A stretch of 30,257 nt of DNA from a virus (lineage: Duplodnaviria; Caudoviricetes), in the IMG/VR virus record IMGVR_UViG_3300036398_000221, positions 1-30,257 of that record; one strand, 5' to 3'. Position numbers and translations under genes: made by a program. This document shows, one piece after another, positions 1-6,992 of this stretch (its first letter is position 1; the number at the start of each line of letters is the position of its first letter). The notes under the pieces were generated by a model that saw only the letters and a list, made by a program, of their open reading frames with translations, was not told the DNA's origin and searched no databases.

Positions 1-627
1 AAAGCAGATATGATAAAGTTCTTAGTTGATAGTGCTAAAGGCATTAATACTTCTAAGATTAACAAGGAGGTAAACCCTATGTCAGAAGATACAACAACAG
101 TTGATGCTCCAGTAGCAGATGCAGAAGTATCGTTAGAGGTCACTCCAGAGGCACAACCAACAGAAACAGCAGAAGCAGTCGTAGAAGCAGAAGCACCAGT
201 TGCAGAAGCAGAAAAGTCTGATTCAGTTGTGGAAGATAGTGCTACATCTTCAGTAGAAGATGCAATTCAGAATCCAGAAGCACCTGCAGCAGAAGACGCT
301 GCAAAGGCTGATGAAGTAATCGCAAATGCAATTACTGAAATTAAAGATTCTGTTACTAATGCCTTTGGCGATCTAACAGCAACACTCAAGTCACTTAGTG
401 ATGAAGTTGCTAATATAAAGAAGTCTCTTGATGCCACAACAACTGATGTAAATCAGATCAAGGGTACTTTTAATGAAATTGGAAAGAGAGTTGATTCCGT
501 AGAAAAGGACACCGCTTTCCGCAAGTCTGGCGATCTAGGCGAGATCGTGCAGGAATTGGATTCAACTCCAGTTCAAAAATCCCTATGGGGCGGACGTTTC
601 CTCAAATTCTCCGACCTATACAACTAA
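1..627 (+). CDS. C-terminal part of probable prohead (capsid maturation) protease / scaffold protein; open at the 5' edge of the window, internal start at 79
   Basis: Frame is open from base 1 (AAA GCA GAT ATG...). Acidic Ala/Glu/Pro-rich linker followed by a coiled coil and a short C-terminal tail (SLWGGRFL), directly upstream of the major capsid gene, which is the typical scaffold position. Strong SD AGGAGGT (65-71) precedes the in-frame ATG at 79. Confidence 0.75.
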   Translation, partial: KADMIKFLVDSAKGINTSKINKEVNPMSEDTTTVDAPVADAEVSLEVTPEAQPTETAEAVVEAEAPVAEAEKSDSVVEDSATSSVEDAIQNPEAPAAEDAAKADEVIANAITEIKDSVTNAFGDLTATLKSLSDEVANIKKSLDATTTDVNQIKGTFNEIGKRVDSVEKDTAFRKSGDLGEIVQELDSTPVQKSLWGGRFLKFSDLYN

Positions 628-654
628 CATAAAAATCACTAGGAGGTGAACAAT

Positions 655-1770
655 ATGTCAGAAGATATCGTAAAAAACTATCCAGGAACTGTTCTTGGCC
701 ACGGCCATGACGGAACAGGTGCAGTAGCATCTGGTTCTACAGCAGACGCAGCAGCCATCGTAAGTGGTCGTGACGGCGTTCTAGGTAACATTACTGGTGC
801 AAATTACGGAACATCAGGTGCCAACGCAGTTAACCCTGTCGGTACCCCAGGTGGTATTCTATTGCCTGAACAAGCACGTCGCTTCATTGATTATGTGTGG
901 GATGCTACAGTTCTCGCTAAAGACGGACGTAGAGTTACTATGCGAGCAAATACAATGGAACTTGAAAAAGTTAACGTTGGTGAGCGTGTAATTCGTGCAG
1001 CAGCACAAGCAGACCCTACATTTACAAATGCAGGCGCAACTTTCTCAAAGGTTGAATTGACTACAAAGAAGATTCGTCTTGATTGGGAAGTATCAACAGA
1101 AGCACTAGAAGACAACGTAGAAGGCGGCGCTCTTGAAGACCACCTAGTACGTTTGATGACAAGCGCTTTTGCTAACGACATTGAAGATCTTGCAATTAAT
1201 GGTACAGGAACTGGCAACAACGCATTCCTAAACATTATGGAAGGCTTCGTTGCAAAGGTACAGGGCGGAGACTCACACGAGTCAATGGTCACTGTAGCAG
1301 ACAACGCATGGACAACAGAGATTATGCAAAACATTATTCTCGCAATGCCACGCAAGTATCGTGCAATCAAGAACAATCTTAAGTTCTATGCAGGTACAGA
1401 TGCATTCCAGGGTATCGTAAAGAATAACGGAACACTTGCTGATGCAATCGCAGAAGCATTTGCTGGTAAGCCAGCAGGTACACCTGCAAACCGTCAAGCA
1501 TACCTTGATGGCGCAGCCCAGACATTTGGTGGAGCACGTACAACTCGTGTTCTCGGTGTCGAGGTTCAGGAAGTTCCTTACTATCCTGCAGGTTATATTG
1601 ACTTGACATTCCCACAGAACCGTGTATGGGGATTCCAACGTGATATCACTGTAAACCGTTTCTATCAGCCAAAGAAGGACACAATTGAATACACAGTATT
1701 CGTCCGCTTTGGTCTACAATGGGAAGAACTTGACGCAGTCGCATTCGCAACAGCAGCAAATAACTCATAA
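655..1770 (+). CDS. Major capsid protein, HK97 fold
   Basis: HK97-type motifs: GGILLPEQARRFIDYV, 'VELTTKKIRLDWEVSTEALEDN', 'FANDIEDLAINGTG', 'VLGVEVQEVPYYP'. SD AGGAGGTG (641-648) supports ATG 655 rather than GTG 646. Followed by a terminator. Confidence 0.93.
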   Translation: MSEDIVKNYPGTVLGHGHDGTGAVASGSTADAAAIVSGRDGVLGNITGANYGTSGANAVNPVGTPGGILLPEQARRFIDYVWDATVLAKDGRRVTMRANTMELEKVNVGERVIRAAAQADPTFTNAGATFSKVELTTKKIRLDWEVSTEALEDNVEGGALEDHLVRLMTSAFANDIEDLAINGTGTGNNAFLNIMEGFVAKVQGGDSHESMVTVADNAWTTEIMQNIILAMPRKYRAIKNNLKFYAGTDAFQGIVKNNGTLADAIAEAFAGKPAGTPANRQAYLDGAAQTFGGARTTRVLGVEVQEVPYYPAGYIDLTFPQNRVWGFQRDITVNRFYQPKKDTIEYTVFVRFGLQWEELDAVAFATAANNS

Positions 1771-1785
1771 TCACTGAAACACTTT

Positions 1786-1827
1786 ATAGGGAGGGTAGCG
1801 TAAAAACTACCCTCCTTATTTTCTTTT
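1786..1827 (+). terminator. Rho-independent terminator after the major capsid gene
   Basis: Stem ATAGGGAGGGTAG (1786-1798) / CTACCCTCCTTAT (1807-1819), 8-nt loop, followed by TTTCTTTT. Confidence 0.88.
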
Positions 1828-1837
1828 AGGAGTAAAT

Positions 1838-2074
1838 ATGTCATATCCAGGAACACCAGAAGATCATAGTCACAATGGCGAAGGTGCAATTGTTACATTG
1901 GGAAATCCAGGTGTTATTATTATGGGGCCAAGTGGTCTACAGGTTAATACCTTGGGAACTTCAGGAGCAACTCTTGGAGAAACATCAGGACCAAATGCCG
2001 TAAATCCATCAGGAACATCAAGCGGAATTCGCTTACCAATGCAAAACAATTTTGCTAGAGGCAGACGACGCTAA
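1838..2074 (+). CDS. 78-aa Gly/Ser/Pro-rich protein paralogous to the N-terminal arm of the major capsid protein; putative minor capsid/cement protein
   Basis: YPGTPEDHSHNGEGAI vs MCP YPGTVLGHGHDGTGAV, and TSGPNAVNPSGTSSGIRLPMQ vs MCP TSGANAVNPVGTPGGILLPEQ. SD AGGAG at 1828-1832. Confidence 0.75.
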   Translation: MSYPGTPEDHSHNGEGAIVTLGNPGVIIMGPSGLQVNTLGTSGATLGETSGPNAVNPSGTSSGIRLPMQNNFARGRRR

Positions 2075-2077
2075 TTC

Positions 2078-2086
2078 TGGTATAAT
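2078..2086 (+). promoter_or_regulatory. Extended -10 promoter element TGGTATAAT
   Basis: Perfect TGnTATAAT in the intergenic gap before the 2103 gene, followed by SD AGGAGG. The same motif recurs before several other genes. Confidence 0.65.
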
Positions 2087-2102
2087 GACATAGGAGGAAC
2101 TA

Positions 2103-2450
2103 ATGTCTATCATTGAAGATTTGTCTAAAAAGACTGTTATGGAAATAAAGTCTTATGCAAAAAATAACAAAATTGATCTATTTGGTGCAACAACAAAGTT
2201 ACATATGCTTGAGGTAATTGCTAGTTGGACCCCAAGAGAAGAGCCCAAAGAGTCTAAAAAAGTTGAAAAGCAATTAGACGAAAAGGTAGCATTATTTTCT
2301 GAAAGAAATATATACTGGAATGAAGTTGGTGAAGTCGTAAAGGGCTATAACATTGTTACCAAGGAGGTTTCCGAAAAGTGGCTTACGCACGAAAAGGTTC
2401 GCATAGCGACTCCTCAAGAAGTAGCAAGGCATTACGGTAAACAAGTATGA
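2103..2450 (+). CDS. Head-associated small protein with N-terminal Rho-N/HeH-like helical DNA-binding motif
   Basis: 'LSKKTVMEIKSYAKNNKIDLFGATTKLHMLEVI' matches the Rho-N/HeH pattern often seen just downstream of capsid genes. Strong SD AGGAGG. Confidence 0.6.
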   Translation: MSIIEDLSKKTVMEIKSYAKNNKIDLFGATTKLHMLEVIASWTPREEPKESKKVEKQLDEKVALFSERNIYWNEVGEVVKGYNIVTKEVSEKWLTHEKVRIATPQEVARHYGKQV

Positions 2451-3439
2451 TAATTCTTAGACTGCCCCCATACCCAATTGAAGTTAAGTACGATGTCCCT
2501 TTAGCAAATACCGACTACTTAGTTACTATTGAAAACTCTACAAGAACAGTCAGGGCATCTGAAGTAATTCGATCTAGTGTAGCAAAAGAAGTTACTCTCA
2601 CCCTTGCTGGTGACTTAATTAAATATGACCACGACTACTCTGTTGAAATTTATAAAATTAATGATGATGAAGATTCAGAAGACAACATTGTTGTTCAGGA
2701 TATGCTTACAATCATACGACCATATGTTAATCCAAACATACTAGGAACAACTGCAACAGAGATTGCAGAAGCAAAATACAATGAAAGTATTGCCAGAGCA
2801 ATAGTTGACGCACTAACTACTCGTGGATTTACATTTGAAAGAAAAATTCTTGAGGTTGTTGGTCAGGGAACAGACTATATACCTGTTTGGGGCACAATAT
2901 ATAAGGTCAATCAAGTATTTGAAAACGGCAAACTTGTTTATGATATTACAAATACTGTTGATGGCCCTGCTCTAGACGGATTTAGTTATGAGGTTACAAA
3001 AGATAGAACTGCAATTGTAAAAGTTCCTACAGACTCATCTTACTATGACTCAAAAGATCGTTCAGAAAGAAAACCTCTTAAATATAGAGATGCAGGCTCA
3101 GACTCATTTTACGTCTACGCCCCATACGAGAATTATGACAACATGTGGACCAATACAAAAAATACAGCAGTCGCATTCCCTGAAGGATTTGATTATATAA
3201 TTGACTATGACTCTGGATACAAAGTTATTCCAAATGATATACAGGATGCAATGACAATGATTATTAATGATCTTAAGTGCGGAAAAATGGACCATTATAA
3301 GTCCTATGTTACCGAATATGAAACAGACCAGTTTAAAATAAAATATGATTCATCTAAATTTGATGGAACTGGGAATATCTTAGTTGACATTATTCTTGAC
3401 AAGTATACAACAAACTTTCGCACCCCAGGGATGCTGTGA
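2447..3439 (+). CDS. Head-to-tail adaptor (SPP1 gp15 / HK97 gp6-like, extended form)
   Basis: Position in the neck cluster. C-terminal 'IDYDSGYKVIPNDIQDAMTMII' resembles the Y-x-x-G-Y-x-x-x-P-x-D-I-x-x-A adaptor motif. ATGA overlap with the upstream gene. Confidence 0.7.
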   Translation: MIILRLPPYPIEVKYDVPLANTDYLVTIENSTRTVRASEVIRSSVAKEVTLTLAGDLIKYDHDYSVEIYKINDDEDSEDNIVVQDMLTIIRPYVNPNILGTTATEIAEAKYNESIARAIVDALTTRGFTFERKILEVVGQGTDYIPVWGTIYKVNQVFENGKLVYDITNTVDGPALDGFSYEVTKDRTAIVKVPTDSSYYDSKDRSERKPLKYRDAGSDSFYVYAPYENYDNMWTNTKNTAVAFPEGFDYIIDYDSGYKVIPNDIQDAMTMIINDLKCGKMDHYKSYVTEYETDQFKIKYDSSKFDGTGNILVDIILDKYTTNFRTPGML

Positions 3440-3885
3440 TGAACTGTGATACAACAGACTTTATGTACCCAATGCTTGCTGATGTTTATTATCCAATAAT
3501 TAAGCAAAGCGAATATGGCAAGGCTATTAAGGAATGGATCTTTGATAGAACAATCACATGCAATGCACAGTCTCTAACTCAAAAATCAAACGAAGAAACC
3601 TCACCAGCAGTATTTCTAGTATCTGAAGGCAAACTTATTGCAAGATCAAAATCAGACATAAGAACATCTTCAAAAAATGAAAACAACAATATTACTAATA
3701 TTCTTATAACGAATGTTAGACTTCCAGGAGACAATCTAGTTTATAGAGAAACAGCAGGACCAAGAAACGGAAGAGGAACAATATTTGAAATTGCAACTGT
3801 TGAGCCTTTTGTTGGAGGGCTTCAGAGCATTGAGTACTACCACATGGTATGGCGTAGATCTGAAAACCAGACGGTGGGCGACTAA
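3436..3885 (+). CDS. Probable head closure (stopper) protein
   Basis: About 149 aa, beta-rich, immediately after the adaptor. Call rests mostly on synteny. Confidence 0.6.
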   Translation: MMNCDTTDFMYPMLADVYYPIIKQSEYGKAIKEWIFDRTITCNAQSLTQKSNEETSPAVFLVSEGKLIARSKSDIRTSSKNENNNITNILITNVRLPGDNLVYRETAGPRNGRGTIFEIATVEPFVGGLQSIEYYHMVWRRSENQTVGD

Positions 3886-4562
3886 TGAATATTGTTATGA
3901 ACACTAAACATCTTGAAAAAATTATAGGCAATGCCATAGATTATTCTGTTGGATTTTTAGACGGAGCACAAAAAGGCAAGAGCATATTTTTAAAAAATCT
4001 TGGAAATAGTACAATTAATATATTAAAAGATTACGTAGATGTTGAAGCACGATCTAACCCAAAAGCCCTACACCACATTTATGAGTGGTATCAGGTTGGC
4101 AGCCCTAAAGCAAGACTATATGATTTTACATATGCGGTTAGCAATGCTGGACTTTCTTTTAGGTCAAATTTTAAACAATCACAAAGTTTACCCTCTGGAT
4201 CATCTGTACCTTTTGAAAATAAAGCAAAGGTTATGGAGGATGGAACTCCAGTTACTATATCTCCAGTAAGATCAGATGTTTTAGCATTTGAAGCAGACGG
4301 ACAAACAGTGTTTACAAGAAGAGATATAGATGTTCAAAATCCTGGAGGAACAGAAGTGCAGGGCTCATTTGAAAAAACTGTAGATGAATTTTTTCGTGTA
4401 TACTTTAAACAGTCATTCTTAAAATCTTCAGGACTATACTCTTATATAAAGAAGCCAGTTATATACAAGAAAAACTTTGCTTCTGGTTCAAGAGCGGGAA
4501 GATCTGTTGGAACTGAAACAGGCTTTAAATGGATTGCAAATGCACATATTGGGGTAGAATAA
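3885..4562 (+). CDS. Probable neck / tail completion protein (HK97 gp10-like position)
   Basis: Basic protein between stopper and tail terminator, with TAATG coupling to the upstream gene. Call rests on synteny. Confidence 0.5.
   Translation: MNIVMNTKHLEKIIGNAIDYSVGFLDGAQKGKSIFLKNLGNSTINILKDYVDVEARSNPKALHHIYEWYQVGSPKARLYDFTYAVSNAGLSFRSNFKQSQSLPSGSSVPFENKAKVMEDGTPVTISPVRSDVLAFEADGQTVFTRRDIDVQNPGGTEVQGSFEKTVDEFFRVYFKQSFLKSSGLYSYIKKPVIYKKNFASGSRAGRSVGTETGFKWIANAHIGVE
4552..4560 (+). promoter_or_regulatory. Possible -10 element (GGGTAGAAT) for a leaderless transcript of the 4567 gene
   Basis: TAGAAT at 4555-4560, with the ATG starting 7 nt downstream (4567) and no clear SD. Confidence 0.4.
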
Positions 4563-4566
4563 GACT

Positions 4567-5106
4567 ATGGCGACAGTAGCAGCAGAAACAGGCTTTCCAC
4601 CCATTTTTATCAATAAGTATATTATTGCTCAATTAAAAGAGTTTGAAATAGTTACGGGCATTGAAGGAATAGACCCAATAGTACCAGTTCAGTCCACCAA
4701 TCTAGATGACTTATTTGGGGAAATAACGGTAACGGGGGATGCATTTTTAATAGCATATGACAGACTTGCAAGATACAGACCAAACACAATGTACAGACAT
4801 AAGAGAGAACAACTAGTTTATACGATCCACTCGTCTAGCGATGCCCAAGGGTTTGATATAGCCAGAATTATTACGGCTGCCCTAGATAGGGAAGACTCAG
4901 CAGCACAAGATGTGAATAAATGGCTTATCAATAATCCAGATCAAATCCCAGCATTAAATGTGTTTTTTCATCGTTTTAAGGTTTTTCAAATTGATGAGAC
5001 AAGAGATCTCGTTGAACTAGGCTCTATCAAGTTCAACTGGAGGGGCAAACTGATAATTGAGTATGACTACCACACCAAAGACTCAGACCTGCCTTTGTAT
5101 ACTTAA
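4567..5106 (+). CDS. Probable tail terminator protein
   Basis: 179 aa, immediately before the major tail gene, with an alternating alpha/beta pattern ending in a beta strand (KLIIEYDY). Call rests on synteny. Confidence 0.6.
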   Translation: MATVAAETGFPPIFINKYIIAQLKEFEIVTGIEGIDPIVPVQSTNLDDLFGEITVTGDAFLIAYDRLARYRPNTMYRHKREQLVYTIHSSSDAQGFDIARIITAALDREDSAAQDVNKWLINNPDQIPALNVFFHRFKVFQIDETRDLVELGSIKFNWRGKLIIEYDYHTKDSDLPLYT

Positions 5107-5112
5107 AAACGC

Positions 5113-5121
5113 TGTTATAAT
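5113..5121 (+). promoter_or_regulatory. Extended -10 promoter element TGTTATAAT for the major tail gene
   Basis: TGnTATAAT in the intergenic region, about 60 nt before the ATG at 5183 (SD GAGGTG). Confidence 0.65.
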
Positions 5122-5182
5122 AAATACGAGGAAACAGCGCCAAACAACTTAATAACCCTATCTAAGAAAAAGAGGTGAACAT

Positions 5183-5821
5183 ATGGCCACTTACAGTCGT
5201 GGTACATCAACCAACATTATCGTTGGTGCAGCAGCGCTATTCGTTGCTGATACAACTTTGGACGCTTCATCATTAACCGCCTTTGAGTCTTCAAAGACTT
5301 TCAGAGACACACTTACTAATGATGCTGACTATACAAACGTTGGTTATACAATGAACGGTCTCGAACTACAGTTCCAACCTGACTTCGGCGAAGTTACAGT
5401 TGACCAGATTCTTGACGTTGCAAAACTTTACAAGCAAGGTATGCAGGTTTCTCTTGCAACAGCATTCGCTGAAGCAACACTAGAAAACCTTCTACTTGCT
5501 TTGGCTTACGGAGATTCTAAACTCTCTGGAACAAAGTCAACTTCAAACGGACAGGCACTTAACCTTTCTGCAGGAGATATTGGCGAATGTCCAGTTGAGC
5601 GTGGTATCGTTGCAGTAGGCCCAGGAACAGGCGATTGCGTAGATTCTGCTTATATCGAGCGTGTATACACAGCATACCGTGCACTTTCAATTGAAAATGT
5701 TACAGTATCTGCAAAGCGTGACGAGGCTTCAATGTTTGAAGTTTCATTCCGTCTACTTCCAGAAGATGTTTCTGGTTCATATGGTAAGATCGTAGATCGT
5801 ACCTGGACACCAGCATCATAA
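5183..5821 (+). CDS. Major tail (tube) protein
   Basis: Siphovirus tube motifs: 'NIIVGAAALFVA', 'NVGYTMNGLELQFQPDFGEVTVDQ', 'FAEATLENL', 'FEVSFRLLP'. Strong SD, followed by a terminator, then chaperones and TMP. Confidence 0.88.
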   Translation: MATYSRGTSTNIIVGAAALFVADTTLDASSLTAFESSKTFRDTLTNDADYTNVGYTMNGLELQFQPDFGEVTVDQILDVAKLYKQGMQVSLATAFAEATLENLLLALAYGDSKLSGTKSTSNGQALNLSAGDIGECPVERGIVAVGPGTGDCVDSAYIERVYTAYRALSIENVTVSAKRDEASMFEVSFRLLPEDVSGSYGKIVDRTWTPAS

Positions 5822-5831
5822 TTTAATATAA

Positions 5832-5874
5832 AAGCGACACGGCCCATCTCTTAGGAGGTGGGCCTTGTTGTTTA
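5832..5874 (+). terminator. Rho-independent terminator after the major tail gene
   Basis: Stem GGCCCATCTC (5841-5850) / GAGGTGGGCC (5855-5864), loop TTAG, then TTGTTGTTT. Confidence 0.85.
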
Positions 5875-5887
5875 ATAGGGCATTTTG

Positions 5888-5896
5888 TGGTAGAAT
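5888..5896 (+). promoter_or_regulatory. Extended -10 element TGGTAGAAT before the long tail chaperone gene
   Basis: TGnTAGAAT ends 10 nt before ATG 5906. No SD, implying a very short or leaderless mRNA. Confidence 0.55.
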
Positions 5897-5905
5897 AGAA
5901 TTTAT

Positions 5906-6616
5906 ATGGCTACAACAATATACAGAAGTGCTATTATTCATTTATTTGATGGCACAGAATTAGAGATTATCCCATTAAAGATTAAGTATCTTCGTGAGTT
6001 CATGGATGCTTTTGAAAAGGTAAAAGATACAAGTGGGGATCAAGAGGCAATAGAAAAACTTGTAGAATGTGTAAGAATTTGCATGAAGCAGTATTACCCA
6101 AGAATATCTAGTTCCACTGAAGATATAGAAGACAATGTTGACATGCAGACAATCTATACTATTTTAGATATTGCTGCAGGAATAAGAATTAATAAGCAAT
6201 CTAAAGAAACAGTTAAAAACCAAGTAGAAGAAAGTGGCGATACCTGGGATACTTTAGATTTAGCAAAGTTAGAGTCTGAGGTTTTTTTGCTGGGAATTTG
6301 GAAAGACTACCAAGAGTTAGAAAAATCTTTGTCAATGGCAGAACTGATGGCAACACTAGAAAGCAGCAGAGAACTTGACTATAATGAAAAAAAGTTTTTG
6401 GCTGCCATTCAGGGGGTTGATTTAGATAGTGAATCTGGCAGCAGTAAAGGCCAGAAAGAATGGGAAGACATGAAAGCCAGAGTATTTAGTGGCGGGGCAA
6501 CTTCTGATGCAAATGATGTTCTTGCTTTACAGGGTCAGAATGCACAAAAAGCAGGGTTTGGAATTGGGATGGGTCTTGACTATGAAGACGGTAGAGACCC
6601 CTCTCTTATGCTATAA
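5906..6616 (+). CDS. Tail assembly chaperone, long form (G-T fusion equivalent)
   Basis: Between major tail and TMP. The N-terminal ~100 aa are paralogous to the 6643 protein, followed by a T-like segment ('LLGIWKDYQELEKSLSMAELMATL'). Confidence 0.75.
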   Translation: MATTIYRSAIIHLFDGTELEIIPLKIKYLREFMDAFEKVKDTSGDQEAIEKLVECVRICMKQYYPRISSSTEDIEDNVDMQTIYTILDIAAGIRINKQSKETVKNQVEESGDTWDTLDLAKLESEVFLLGIWKDYQELEKSLSMAELMATLESSRELDYNEKKFLAAIQGVDLDSESGSSKGQKEWEDMKARVFSGGATSDANDVLALQGQNAQKAGFGIGMGLDYEDGRDPSLML

Positions 6617-6617
6617 T
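6609..6617 (+). promoter_or_regulatory. Extended -10 element TGCTATAAT before the short tail chaperone gene
   Basis: TGnTATAAT overlapping the stop codon of the upstream gene, followed by SD AGGAGG and ATG 6643. Confidence 0.6.
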
Positions 6618-6642
6618 TAACATAGCCTATCTAGGAGGAAAA

Positions 6643-6975
6643 ATGGCAACAACAGTACATGAGGGTGAAGAACTTATTCTTATGGATGGCTCAAAGATCA
6701 AGGTTCGTCCCTTGAAGATTTCTTTGCTACGTCCATTTATGAGTAAGTTTGAACAGGTGGCAGCGGTGGCAGAAGATAACGAAAAGTCTATGACTCTTCT
6801 TATTGAATGCGTACAAATTGCTATGCAGCAGTATAAGCCAGAACTTGCAAAAGATCTGAATGCTTTAGAGGAGATCATGGATCTTCCAACAGTCTATAAG
6901 GTAATTGAGGCGGCTTCGGGCGTCAAACTTACTGATGCAAATTCTTTGCTGAACACAGTTCTTGCAAACAATTAA
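6643..6975 (+). CDS. Tail assembly chaperone, short form (gpG equivalent)
   Basis: 110 aa directly before the TMP, with strong SD. Shares MATT, DG, PLKI, ECV, M.QY.P and 'D..T.Y.....A.G' with the N-terminus of the 5906 protein. Confidence 0.78.
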   Translation: MATTVHEGEELILMDGSKIKVRPLKISLLRPFMSKFEQVAAVAEDNEKSMTLLIECVQIAMQQYKPELAKDLNALEEIMDLPTVYKVIEAASGVKLTDANSLLNTVLANN

Positions 6976-6992
6976 ATAAAGAGGTGACATAG

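Noticed and set aside
646-654. GTG start of the capsid ORF at 646, and likewise GTG 22689
   Set aside because: The GTG at 646 is part of the SD itself and GTG 22689 abuts the SD. The downstream ATGs (655, 22701) have proper SD spacing.
797-991. Alternative-frame + strand ORFs (797-991, 4039-4269, 17656-17883, 18036-18224)
   Set aside because: Short, fully overlapping established genes, with no SD and no recognisable protein features.
5122-5182. Leader of the major tail gene as a structured ncRNA; it shares CCTATCTA with the 6626-6633 leader
   Set aside because: A-rich with no convincing stem, and an 8-nt match is too short to support a regulatory element on its own.
6278-6290. T-run (GAGGTTTTTTTGC) as a possible slippery site in the long chaperone gene
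   Set aside because: It lies within the T-like part of an already continuous ORF, not at the G/T junction, and no frameshift is needed to make either product.
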